Shown piece after piece: positions 1 through 8,236 of a DNA stretch of 64,000 nucleotides; the stretch's first letter is position 1, and each line of letters starts with the position of its first letter. The position numbers were made by a program, and so were the translations under genes. The DNA comes from Bacilli bacterium (GTDB lineage: Bacteria > Bacillota_I > Bacilli_A > RF39 > UBA660): NCBI GenBank assembly GCA_045649455.1, contig JAZRPV010000058.1:66552-130551 (forward strand). The letters run 5' to 3'. The notes beneath the pieces were generated by a model, which worked only from the letters and a program-made list of their open reading frames with translations, was not told the DNA's origin and ran no database searches.

Positions 1-4
1 TTTT

Positions 5-34
5 GTAAAAAAAAAGAAGACTTGGTCTTCTTTT
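5..34 (-). terminator. Rho-independent terminator after the 34..735 gene
   Basis: Inverted repeat GAAGAC/GTCTTC (16-21 / 25-30, extendable by A:T pairs). A U-run follows on the minus strand (A-run 7-15 on plus). Confidence 0.6.
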
Positions 35-735
35 TATTCTGTACAAATATATCCTGTTGATTGAAGCGCTGTTTTAATTGTTGTTTCATCAGCATCTAAA
101 TTATATTCAACATTTGTAAATTGATTTGCAGCATGATTATATGTTAATTGTCCTCTATCTAATTTCTTTAAATCTACTGTTATTGAGATTTTTAAAGATT
201 GGTTTTCAGATTCAGGTTTTAATTCATATCCATTAACATTGCTTGCTACAAATGGTTGATAAATATTTAAAATATTTTGTACTGCAAGAGCTCCATTTTG
301 ATTTCCTACAGTAGGTGCAACAGTTAATGTTTTTACATATGTTTGTAGTTTTTGTTCATTAAAGAATAGTTCATATGTTTTTGATCTATCAGTACCATCT
401 GGTTGAGTTGGTTGTAATAATGTACATGTAACTTTCTTTGTTGATACTGGTGTTGCTGAGTCGTATTGACTATCTAAATCAATTCTGTATGTATTTTCAG
501 ATTGTTCAGTAAAATCTATATTATCTAAGGCCATCATAATATTATTATATGAGAATCCTAGAGTTAAAGCTAAAAGTCCTGCTATTGCGAATAATACGGC
601 AGGTCTTTTGCTAGTTTTTCTTTCAAATTTTGCTACGCGTTCTAATTCTTGTAAATTTAGAACTTGAGTTTTAGTTAGTTCTTCACGTGTCATTTCTTGA
701 CTTTGTAGTTGTTGTTGTCCTTGTTGTTGATTCAT
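34..735 (-). CDS. Single-pass membrane protein, Gln-rich cytoplasmic N-terminus, about 170-aa extracytoplasmic domain; function unknown
   Basis: 233-aa ORF with GAGGTGG SD upstream. Hydrophobic helix AVLFAIAGLLALTLGF follows MNQQQGQQQLQSQ. No recognisable catalytic motif. Confidence 0.6.
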   Translation of the reverse strand: MNQQQGQQQLQSQEMTREELTKTQVLNLQELERVAKFERKTSKRPAVLFAIAGLLALTLGFSYNNIMMALDNIDFTEQSENTYRIDLDSQYDSATPVSTKKVTCTLLQPTQPDGTDRSKTYELFFNEQKLQTYVKTLTVAPTVGNQNGALAVQNILNIYQPFVASNVNGYELKPESENQSLKISITVDLKKLDRGQLTYNHAANQFTNVEYNLDADETTIKTALQSTGYICTE

Positions 736-815
736 TCAAACCACCTCATCTTCCTCTATCCTATATATACATTATAACAAAATATATTTTTTTAGCAAAC
801 AAAAAATAACTATTT

Positions 816-2633
816 CTAGTTATTTTTTATTCTTGCATCATATTTCTTTCTTTCTTCTGTATTTAAGATACGTTTACGAATACGAATATGGTTTGGTGTA
901 ACTTCTACTAATTCATCAGAATTAATGTAATCTAGTGCATATTCTAATGTGATTGGTCTTGGTCTTTTTAATACAACAGTATGGTCAGATCCAGCTGCAC
1001 GAGTATTAGTTAATTGTTTTCCTTTTACTACGTTTACTGCTAAATCGTTATCTCTGTTACATTCTCCAACTACCATTCCTTCATACACTTCTGTTCCAGG
1101 TTCAATAAACATAATTCCACGATCTTCTAAGTTACCGATTGAGTAAGCTGTTGATTGTCCATTTTCCATAGAAACAAGTACACCTAATTTTCTTTCTCCA
1201 ATTACTCCGTTTTCATATGGCATGTATTCTTTGAATGAGTGGTTCATAATTCCATAACCTTTTGTCATAGTCATGAAATCAGTTGAGAATCCTATTAATC
1301 CACGAGATGGGATTGTATAAATTAATCTAACTTGATTTTCAAAGTTAGTCATACTTTCCATTTTCCCACCACGAGTTCCTAATTGTTCAATAACTGTTCC
1401 TACTGATTCTTCTGGAACTTCAATTTGTAATTCTTCATATGGTTCATATTTTTGTCCATCAATTTCTTTAATAATTACATGTGGTTTTGATACTTCTAAT
1501 TCGAATCCTTCTCTTCTCATATTTTCAATTAAAATTCCTAAGTGAAGTTCTCCACGTCCACTTACTAAGAATGATTCATTAGTTGCAGGTTCAACTCTTA
1601 AACTTACGTCTTTTTGAGTTTCTTTATTTAATCTTTCTTCAATTTTTCTTGCTGTTACAATTTTTCCATCTTTTCCTACGAATGGAGATGAGTTTGTTCC
1701 GAATGTCATTTGAAGAGTTGGTTCATCTATGTGTAATAATGGTAATGGTTTAATATCATTATTATTACAGATTGTTTCTCCTACTGAAATATCAGCAAGT
1801 CCCGCGATGGCAATTAAATCTCCTGCTTCTGCTTCTTCAATTTCAATTCTTTTATATCCATAGAATCCGAATAATTTTTGAATTCTAAATTGTTTTGTTG
1901 TTCCATCTAAACGGCAACATGTTACCATTTCACCTGTTTTGATTTTTCCGTTTTGTACACGTCCAATCCCGATTCTTCCTACAAATTCATTATAGTCTAA
2001 TAACGCAGGTTGGAATTGTAATGATTCAGTAGCACTTCCTGTTGGTGCAGGTATTTCTTCTAAGATTGTATCTAAAATTTCATTAAATCCTTCAGTTTGA
2101 GTTGATAAATCATCACTTAATGAACAAGTTCCATTTACTGCTGATGCATAAATAACTTTAAAATCTAACGCTTCATCATCTGCACCTAATTCAATAAATA
2201 AATCTAATACTTCATCTACTACTTGTTTACATCTTGCAGCAGGTTTATCAACTTTATTAATAATAACAATTGGTTTTACTTTTGCTTCGAAAGCTTTCTT
2301 TAATACGAATCTTGTTTGTGGCATTGCTCCTTCGTAAGCATCTACTACTAAAAGAACACCATCAACCATGTTCATGATACGTTCAACTTCTCCACCAAAG
2401 TCAGCATGTCCTGGAGTATCTAAAATATTAATTCTTACTCCATTATAATCGATTGCTGTTGTTTTAGCTAAGATAGTGATTCCTCTTTCTCTTTCTAAAG
2501 CATTTGAATCCATTGATACATCTGATACATCTTCATTTTCTCTAAACATTCCTGAGTGTTTAATAATACCGTCTACTAATGTTGTTTTCCCATGGTCAAC
2601 GTGTGCTATAATCGCTATATTTCTCTTTTCCAT
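816..2633 (-). CDS. typA: Translational GTPase TypA/BipA
   Basis: 605 aa. G1 [10 protein letters not shown]3 DTPGH, G4 NKVD. EF-G-like domain order and typical BipA C-terminus. Confidence 0.95.
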   Translation of the reverse strand: MEKRNIAIIAHVDHGKTTLVDGIIKHSGMFRENEDVSDVSMDSNALERERGITILAKTTAIDYNGVRINILDTPGHADFGGEVERIMNMVDGVLLVVDAYEGAMPQTRFVLKKAFEAKVKPIVIINKVDKPAARCKQVVDEVLDLFIELGADDEALDFKVIYASAVNGTCSLSDDLSTQTEGFNEILDTILEEIPAPTGSATESLQFQPALLDYNEFVGRIGIGRVQNGKIKTGEMVTCCRLDGTTKQFRIQKLFGFYGYKRIEIEEAEAGDLIAIAGLADISVGETICNNNDIKPLPLLHIDEPTLQMTFGTNSSPFVGKDGKIVTARKIEERLNKETQKDVSLRVEPATNESFLVSGRGELHLGILIENMRREGFELEVSKPHVIIKEIDGQKYEPYEELQIEVPEESVGTVIEQLGTRGGKMESMTNFENQVRLIYTIPSRGLIGFSTDFMTMTKGYGIMNHSFKEYMPYENGVIGERKLGVLVSMENGQSTAYSIGNLEDRGIMFIEPGTEVYEGMVVGECNRDNDLAVNVVKGKQLTNTRAAGSDHTVVLKRPRPITLEYALDYINSDELVEVTPNHIRIRKRILNTEERKKYDARIKNN

Positions 2634-2664
2634 TTATATACACCTCTTTTTTTCGTCCTTGCTG

Positions 2665-2693
2665 ATTATACCACTATTTTGTTTAAATTGCTA
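2665..2693 (-). promoter_or_regulatory. Sigma-A type promoter for typA with extended -10
   Basis: Minus strand reads TAGCAA-17 nt-TATAAT, and the spacer ends in TGG (TGnTATAAT). About 30 nt upstream of the typA SD. Confidence 0.45.
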
Positions 2694-2722
2694 GGTATTT
2701 TGTTATATTTTTATATTTTTTC

Positions 2723-2754
2723 ACAAAAAAAGAATTAAATTTTCATTAATTCTT
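2723..2754 (-). terminator. Rho-independent terminator of the HAD gene
   Basis: Perfect 9-bp inverted repeat AAGAATTAA/TTAATTCTT (2730-2738 / 2746-2754) spanning the stop codon. U-run on minus (A-run 2725-2731). Confidence 0.6.
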
Positions 2755-3427
2755 GTATATATTCTTCAACAGATTCGCATACTTTAGGATGTAATATTTC
2801 TAACTCTTTATTATATTTTTTTACAACAGCACTATTATAGGCTTCGATCATTCCATAATCATTTATCGAATCACCTATTACATAAAAATTATCTAGTGAA
2901 ATATTTATTATTTTTGATAAATCAACTACTGCTTGTCTTTTATGATTTTGAGGATTATTTACATTAATATGAATTCTACTGGCATATGCATATACATCTA
3001 ATGTATCATTTAATATCTTCACTACTCTTTTTGCATCTTCTTTATCTTTACAATATTCAGCTGATATTTTTATACAATTTACTACTGTATCTGTAATTTC
3101 ATAACCATTTTCTATATATGGCTCATATTCATTATCTTGTAAGATTTTTATAGCTTTAAGTGCAATATCTCGATCTAGAGTTTTAAGTTTTATACATTTT
3201 AGTTCTTTATTAAAAATCATAGCTCCGTCAGCGCATACTAAGTAATCAAAAGATAAATTTAATTCTTTTACAATATCTTTTGTTTCCATGAAAGTTCTTC
3301 CTGTTATTAAACAGAAAATATTACCTTCTTGTCTAAATTTATTAATAGCATCTACATTCTTTTTTGTTTGAATCGGATCATTTAGAAAAAATATTGTATT
3401 ATCAAAATCACTACCTAATACTTTCAT
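2735..3427 (-). CDS. HAD-superfamily Cof-type (IIB) sugar/phosphate phosphatase
   Basis: DFDNT motif I at the N-terminus, ITGR motif II, GDSINDYGM motif IV. I prefer ATG at 3427 (GGGTGA SD) over the TTG at 3439 used by the ORF track. Confidence 0.8.
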   Translation of the reverse strand: MKVLGSDFDNTIFFLNDPIQTKKNVDAINKFRQEGNIFCLITGRTFMETKDIVKELNLSFDYLVCADGAMIFNKELKCIKLKTLDRDIALKAIKILQDNEYEPYIENGYEITDTVVNCIKISAEYCKDKEDAKRVVKILNDTLDVYAYASRIHINVNNPQNHKRQAVVDLSKIINISLDNFYVIGDSINDYGMIEAYNSAVVKKYNKELEILHPKVCESVEEYIQELMKI

Positions 3428-3443
3428 ATTATCACCCAACTTT

Positions 3444-3472
3444 ATTATATATAAATTTTCTTTTTCTTACAA
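3444..3472 (-). promoter_or_regulatory. Sigma-A type promoter of the HAD gene
   Basis: Minus strand reads TTGTAA-17 nt-TATAAT, immediately upstream of the SD and start. Confidence 0.5.
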
Positions 3473-3555
3473 TAAAAGATGTCGTGAATAAACACAACAC
3501 CTTTTTATTTCCCGTGCGGCATAAACCTGGTAAACAAGCTGTCTCGTGGGTTGAA

Positions 3556-3584
3556 CAAAAAAAAGAACCATCAAACGATGATTC
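3556..3584 (-). terminator. Rho-independent terminator after tRNA-Gly
   Basis: 8-bp stem GAAUCAUC/GAUGGUUC (one G:U pair), 4-nt loop, then U8 on the minus strand. Confidence 0.7.
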
Positions 3585-3596
3585 CTTATCTTCTTA

Positions 3597-3670
3597 TGGA
3601 GCGGATGATGGGAATCGAACCCACGTAGTCAGCTTGGAAGGCTGAGGTTCTACCATTAAACTACATCCGC
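3597..3670 (-). tRNA. tRNA-Gly (anticodon UCC), CCA encoded
   Basis: The reverse complement GCGGATGTAGTTTAATGGTAGAACCTCAGCCTTCCAAGCTGACTACGTGGGTTCGATTCCCATCATCCGCTCCA folds as a cloverleaf. It has a 7-bp acceptor stem, anticodon stem TCAGC/GCTGA with loop CTTCCAA, and a GGTTCGATTCC T-arm. Confidence 0.93.
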
Positions 3671-3741
3671 ATATGTCATTAATCGAACCTCAGCACTAAT
3701 TCCGATTTGCTAAAGTCGACTAAATCAAGTAGACATTTTCA

Positions 3742-3769
3742 ATTATACTATAATTAGAACTAAAGTCAA
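3742..3769 (-). promoter_or_regulatory. Sigma-A type promoter of tRNA-Gly
   Basis: Minus strand reads TTGACT-16 nt-TATAAT, about 70 nt upstream of the mature tRNA 5' end. Confidence 0.6.
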
Positions 3770-3787
3770 CACTTTTTTTAAAAAAAA

Positions 3788-4546
3788 TTAATTTTTTTTA
3801 TTTTTTTTGTGTTTTTCTACTCTTTTGTTCATAATTTCTATAATATCGTCATAAATATTATACCATTTTACTTGAAAATAATGACGACAATATTCATATT
3901 TTGGATTTCTTTTAATATTTTTATTCCACGATTGAATATATAAATTACTTACTGATAGACCATTTTCTTTTATGTTTAAATCTTTATTCATTAAATGTTC
4001 TAAAACTTCGTCAGTTGTTGCCCATATAAAATCTTCATATTCTCCATGAATAAAAGCATCTACTGGTACAGTATATTTTATATCTGCAATAATTAGAAAT
4101 CTTATTAGTAATTTTAATTTCATTTTATTAAGTCTTTGTTTTATATAATATACATCTTCATAATTCTTTTCAATATATTCTTTTGCATTTAATCTTTCTA
4201 GACCTGTATTATTTGTAGTACCATCTGCATAAATATATTTTAAAAATAAATTTTTAAATTTTCTTGGTAAATACCAATATCTTGTTAAGAACTTATTTAC
4301 ATGTTCTAGATGAACAGAATTTTTAATTCCTTTTTTTATACTTATTCCTTTCTTTTTACCATTTACTTCTAACACCATATCAGTCTTTGCATATTTACCA
4401 TACTTATATGCATATACAATATCTTCATCTTTTATTTTCGGAAATAATTCCTTTAATAAATCTTGTAATAATAAATTTTGAATCTTATATGGTCTTCCAT
4501 TTATATTAGAAATAAATATTTGTTCATTTTGAAATCCATTTACCAT
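3788..4546 (-). CDS. PD-(D/E)XK nuclease-like protein resembling MspI/HinP1I-type type II restriction endonucleases; no partner methyltransferase nearby
   Basis: 252 aa with GGAGGTG SD. N-terminal NGFQNEQ and KTDMVLEV-x8-ISIKKG-x5-HLEHVNKFL recall the D...(S/Q/N)xK core of that family. Assigned by eye only. Confidence 0.45.
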   Translation of the reverse strand: MVNGFQNEQIFISNINGRPYKIQNLLLQDLLKELFPKIKDEDIVYAYKYGKYAKTDMVLEVNGKKKGISIKKGIKNSVHLEHVNKFLTRYWYLPRKFKNLFLKYIYADGTTNNTGLERLNAKEYIEKNYEDVYYIKQRLNKMKLKLLIRFLIIADIKYTVPVDAFIHGEYEDFIWATTDEVLEHLMNKDLNIKENGLSVSNLYIQSWNKNIKRNPKYEYCRHYFQVKWYNIYDDIIEIMNKRVEKHKKNKKN

Positions 4547-4571
4547 ATTACACCTCCAATTATATTATTCA

Positions 4572-4602
4572 CAAAAAAAAAGAAATTTGTTTAACAAATT
4601 CC
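4572..4602 (-). terminator. Rho-independent terminator of pyrH
   Basis: Stem GGAAUUUG/CAAAUUUC (one G:U pair), 5-nt loop, then U9 on the minus strand. Confidence 0.7.
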
Positions 4603-4611
4603 TTATTATCT

Positions 4612-5328
4612 TTATTTATTTTCTACGATTGTTCCTATTTTTTTGCCATCTATTAATTTCTTTAAATTTCCTTTTTCATTAATATCAAATACTATTATTG
4701 GAATATTATTATCCATACATAGAGATGTTGCAGTTGTATCCATAACATTTAGTTTTTGATTTAATACTTCTAGATATGTTATTCTATCTATTTTTTCTGC
4801 ATCATCATATTTCTTAGGATCCTTTGTATAAATACCATCTACGTTAGTTGCTTTTAATACAGCTTCTGCACCTACTTCTGCTGCTCTTAGAGCGGCTGCT
4901 GTATCTGTGGAGAAGAATGGCGAACCTGTTCCACATCCAAATACAACTACTCTATTTTTAGTTAAATGTTTAATAGCTCTATCCTTTATATAATATTCTG
5001 CTATTTGTCTCATCTCAACACCAGTTTGTACTCTTACATCTTGATTTAATTGTTTAAAGGCATCTCCTATTGCTAGAGCATTCATTGTTGTTCCTAACAT
5101 ACCAATATAGTCAGATGTACATCTATCCATTTGTTGATTGCTTCTTCCTCTCCAGAAGTTTCCGCCACCTACTACAATAGCAACTTCAACTCCTTTTGAA
5201 GCTATTTCTTTTATTTCACTACATATTTCTAATACTTTATCAAAATCAATTCCAGTTTTCTTTTCTCCTGCTAGAGATTCACCACTTAATTTAATTAATA
5301 TTCTTTTGTATTTCATATTTTCCTCCAA
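4612..5328 (-). CDS. pyrH: UMP kinase
   Basis: 238 aa. KRILIKLSGE, VVGGGNFWRG and GTGSPFFSTDTAAALRA are hallmark amino-acid-kinase/PyrH motifs. Confidence 0.95.
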   Translation of the reverse strand: MEENMKYKRILIKLSGESLAGEKKTGIDFDKVLEICSEIKEIASKGVEVAIVVGGGNFWRGRSNQQMDRCTSDYIGMLGTTMNALAIGDAFKQLNQDVRVQTGVEMRQIAEYYIKDRAIKHLTKNRVVVFGCGTGSPFFSTDTAAALRAAEVGAEAVLKATNVDGIYTKDPKKYDDAEKIDRITYLEVLNQKLNVMDTTATSLCMDNNIPIIVFDINEKGNLKKLIDGKKIGTIVENK

Positions 5329-5364
5329 AAAAAGACTTATTACTCAAAATAGAATAATAAGTCT
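5327..5364 (-). terminator. Intrinsic terminator hairpin immediately upstream of the pyrH SD (candidate attenuator)
   Basis: Perfect 10-bp inverted repeat AGACTTATTA/TAATAAGTCT (5333-5342 / 5355-5364) with a 12-nt loop. U7 on minus runs directly into GGAGGA-N6-ATG of pyrH. Confidence 0.6.
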
Positions 5365-5408
5365 AAATAATAAAAAGAAGATAATCGTTGAATAGTTGTT
5401 TTCATCAT
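5340..5408 (-). CDS. Candidate 22-codon leader ORF (MMKTTIQRLSSFYYLDLLFYFE) ending inside the terminator stem
   Basis: GGAGGAG SD 7 nt before ATGATG. The ORF covers the 5' arm and loop of the hairpin, and its UAA lies in the 3' arm. Hand-translated, not in the ORF track. Confidence 0.3.
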   Translation of the reverse strand: MMKTTIQRLSSFYYLDLLFYFE

Positions 5409-5449
5409 ATTATCTCCTCCTTTTTTATATCATACCCTAAATATATAAA

Positions 5450-6295
5450 TTATTCAAATATTTTATTAAGGATTGATAAATCATCTATCATTATATTATT
5501 TTTACCTAAACCTAAAAATATATCTGGTTTAGTTATAGGTCCATGATAATCAGAACCTCCACTTATTAATAATTTATATTTATTTGCTAAATACAAATAA
5601 TATTCTTCTTCCTCTTTTGTATTATTGGAATGATATACTTCAATTCCTTTTAGACCTTGTTTTATCATTTTACGAAGAAGAATTTCTAATTGTTTATTAT
5701 CTAATTCTAGAGAGTGTGGATGGGCTAATACTGGTATACCTCCACTATTTAATATTAATTTTATACATTCTTCTGGTTTTAAGTTTTTATTTACTTTTCT
5801 TGTTTTATCATATGCTGCAATTAAATATTTATCAAAAGCTTCTTGGACTGTTTTTACATATCCTTTCTTTATTAATAATCTTGCAAGATCTGGTCTTCCT
5901 AAATTATGATTAGCATTTATTAATTCTTTTATTTCTTCATGAGTAAAATATATTTTATAATCTTTTTTTAGTTGTTCTATTAGTGAAATAACTGAATTAG
6001 TACTTTTGTCTTTTAGCCAGGACATTTTATTGTTTAGTTCTTCATTATTTATATCTATGTTGTATCCTAGAATATGCATTCTTCCTTTTGATACTTTGGC
6101 TGTTAGTTCAATACCATGTATTACTTTTATACCTTTAATATTTTTTGGAACATTTTTTATCCCTTCTAATGTATCGTGATCTGTAATACCTAGTATTTTT
6201 ATATTTTGTTTTTTTGCTAGTTCAATTAATTCTGTTGGACTGTAATCTCCATCTGAGTAATTTGTATGTGTATGCATATCTATTAATTTTTTCAT
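5450..6295 (-). CDS. PHP-domain phosphoesterase (COG0613 / TrpH-YciV-like, candidate 3',5'-nucleotide bisphosphate phosphatase)
   Basis: 281 aa. MHTHTNYSDG and ITDHD metal motifs, C-terminal GGSDYHG. Confidence 0.75.
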   Translation of the reverse strand: MKKLIDMHTHTNYSDGDYSPTELIELAKKQNIKILGITDHDTLEGIKNVPKNIKGIKVIHGIELTAKVSKGRMHILGYNIDINNEELNNKMSWLKDKSTNSVISLIEQLKKDYKIYFTHEEIKELINANHNLGRPDLARLLIKKGYVKTVQEAFDKYLIAAYDKTRKVNKNLKPEECIKLILNSGGIPVLAHPHSLELDNKQLEILLRKMIKQGLKGIEVYHSNNTKEEEEYYLYLANKYKLLISGGSDYHGPITKPDIFLGLGKNNIMIDDLSILNKIFE

Positions 6296-7125
6296 ATTTG
6301 CCTCCTTAATACTAATTTTTTATTTTCTTCTGCAAGTTGAGTGTTTTCAAATACTTCTTGTGCTTCTTGTAAATATAATTGTCTTTCTACTTCTGGATAT
6401 AGATGTGTTAATAATAATTGGTCAACATTGGCCTCTTTGGCAATTGTTGCTGCTTCATAGGCATATAGATGATTATCAGAATAACGATGTTGCCCTCTTA
6501 TAAAAGATGATTCACAAATAAGTATATCTGCATCTTTTGAGAAGTTTGTTAAAGTGTTATTTTTATATCCTGTATCTGCTGAATATACTATTACCCCATC
6601 TTGTGTTTCTAATTTTATACTGTGTGTTACTAATTGATGAGGATTTCTTTTGAATGATATTTTTATTTTACCACATTGTATTTTATCTTGTTCTTTATAA
6701 GGTATAAATTCTAAAAAGTGTTCTTGTCCAAAGTTAGTTAAATAATCAAAATCTGGTAAATTTCTTTTTACTTTTCTACTACACGACCATCCCTCGTTAT
6801 CTTTATAGTCTTCTGTTGCATCTACTTTGTCTCCTTCTGGAATATATACTTTTATTCTATGTTGTAAATACCCTAGATTTTTATTTACAAATGATGCATA
6901 TGCTAATGCTGATAAATCACCATAATGATCTTTATGTAGATGTGAAATTATTACAATTAAATTTTCTAAATCTTTTGGAATATTTAAATACCTTGTTATT
7001 CCATTTCCACAATCTAGAAGAACTTTTTGAGAATTTTCTTCTACTAGAAAGCCTGGGCAATTTCTTTCATCTTTACAATATGGCGAGATTGTTCCTAATG
7101 GGGTTATTGTTGTCATACTAGTCAC
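6292..7125 (-). CDS. MBL-fold metallo-hydrolase
   Basis: 277 aa. HLHKDHYGD (HxHxDH) motif plus downstream His/Asp ligands. Overlaps both neighbours (4 nt and 8 nt). Confidence 0.8.
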   Translation of the reverse strand: MTSMTTITPLGTISPYCKDERNCPGFLVEENSQKVLLDCGNGITRYLNIPKDLENLIVIISHLHKDHYGDLSALAYASFVNKNLGYLQHRIKVYIPEGDKVDATEDYKDNEGWSCSRKVKRNLPDFDYLTNFGQEHFLEFIPYKEQDKIQCGKIKISFKRNPHQLVTHSIKLETQDGVIVYSADTGYKNNTLTNFSKDADILICESSFIRGQHRYSDNHLYAYEAATIAKEANVDQLLLTHLYPEVERQLYLQEAQEVFENTQLAEENKKLVLRRQI

Positions 7126-8146
7126 CTTTTTCGTACATTTTTTGTTTTACATATGGATGGACATATGGAGTTATATCTTTATCTAAATTAAATACTTCTT
7201 TTACAACACTTGATGATATAAATTGATATTTTTGATCCGCAAAGAAACAAATTGTATTTACTTCTCCTTGAGAGATATCTTTATTTATTTGAGATAGTTG
7301 TACTTCATAATCATAATCACTTAATCCTCTAAGACCTCTTACAATTGCCTTACAATTATATAGCATTGCTAGGTCTACCGTTGCTCCTTCTCCTCGAATT
7401 ACTTTTATATTGTCTACTTTCTTATAAATTTCTTTTATTATTTTTACTCTTTCTTCTGGTGTAAAAAAAGACTTCTTCTTTGAGGAATTACTTGCTACAG
7501 CAACGACTACTTCATCAAATAAAAGTGCTGCTTGTTCAATAATATTCATGTGACCTAGAGTTATTGGATCAAAACTACCTGGATACAATACTCTTTTTTT
7601 GTTTAGGCCAAGAACTTCCTTTATGTCATAATTATCACTTGATATAATAAAATCAAATTCATCTTTATCATACTCAATACTTGATGAGTCTCTTAAATCA
7701 AATTTATCTTCTGTGATATTATCTCTTTTTAAAATTCTTTGCTTTCTTATATCTTTTGGAATATCTAATAATATTTTTAAATCAGATTGTTCAAAATATT
7801 TTGTTTTTGGTAGTAATAGATAATCTAAAATTATAATTTTATCTTTATTTTCACTTATAATTCTATCTATTTCTTGTTCCATATGAGGCCATGTTATCCG
7901 AGTTAGAATATCCATATTTTTTGTTGATGAGAAAACTATGGGTCCTAGTTTTTTTCTGTCCACTTCATTGTCTGTTAAAACATCTTTAAATTGTTCTTGT
8001 AGTTGCTGTTTTACTATTGGAATAGTTAGTACTTGATGAGCAATTTTATCTATATCGATATGAATGACATTTTTCCTTTCTTCAATAATTCTTTTAGCTA
8101 GTGTTGATTTACCACTGCCTGATTTTCCACATATACTTATAATCAT
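7118..8146 (-). CDS. coaE/coaD: Bifunctional dephospho-CoA kinase (N-terminal, CoaE) / phosphopantetheine adenylyltransferase (C-terminal, CoaD) fusion
   Basis: N-terminal half: P-loop GKSGSGKST, IDIDKIAHQV, DRKKLGPIVF, ILDYLLLPK, RILKRD (CoaE pattern). C-terminal half: YPGSFDPITLGHMNII (T/HxGH), GLRGLSDYDYE, ISSSVVKEV (CoaD pattern). Confidence 0.8.
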   Translation of the reverse strand: MIISICGKSGSGKSTLAKRIIEERKNVIHIDIDKIAHQVLTIPIVKQQLQEQFKDVLTDNEVDRKKLGPIVFSSTKNMDILTRITWPHMEQEIDRIISENKDKIIILDYLLLPKTKYFEQSDLKILLDIPKDIRKQRILKRDNITEDKFDLRDSSSIEYDKDEFDFIISSDNYDIKEVLGLNKKRVLYPGSFDPITLGHMNIIEQAALLFDEVVVAVASNSSKKKSFFTPEERVKIIKEIYKKVDNIKVIRGEGATVDLAMLYNCKAIVRGLRGLSDYDYEVQLSQINKDISQGEVNTICFFADQKYQFISSSVVKEVFNLDKDITPYVHPYVKQKMYEKGD

Positions 8147-8163
8147 CTATATCCCTCCTCTAC

Positions 8164-8192
8164 TTGTAGTATAGCTCTTCTTTTGTTATAAT
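8164..8192 (+). promoter_or_regulatory. Sigma-A type promoter of the LysR gene with extended -10
   Basis: TTGTAG-17 nt-TATAAT, with TGt directly before the -10 (TGTTATAAT at 8184-8192). Confidence 0.5.
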
Positions 8193-8236
8193 AAAAATAT
8201 CAATTTGTTATCTTTATCATAACTGGAGGTTATAAT

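Noticed and set aside
3475-3555. Locally GC-richer spacer between the tRNA terminator and the HAD promoter, containing GUUUACCAGG (reminiscent of SRP/4.5S RNA) and a weak GUUGUG/CACGAC hairpin plus U-run
   Set aside because: It lacks the GGAA tetraloop and AGCAGC core of SRP RNA. I could find no convincing extended helix and no promoter of its own. I cannot assign it to any RNA family by eye, and a covariance-model scan (Rfam) would be the decisive test.
3671-3740. T-loop-like GGTTCGATT and a 5-bp ATGTC/GACAT pairing in the tRNA-Gly 5' leader, possibly a tRNA remnant or att-site duplication marking an island with the nuclease-like gene
   Set aside because: Only 9 nt match the real T-arm. The flanks of the pseudo T-loop do not pair, and the segment is about 64 nt with no D or anticodon arms. 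A duplicated att core would be expected 3' of the tRNA rather than 5'. No integrase is present.
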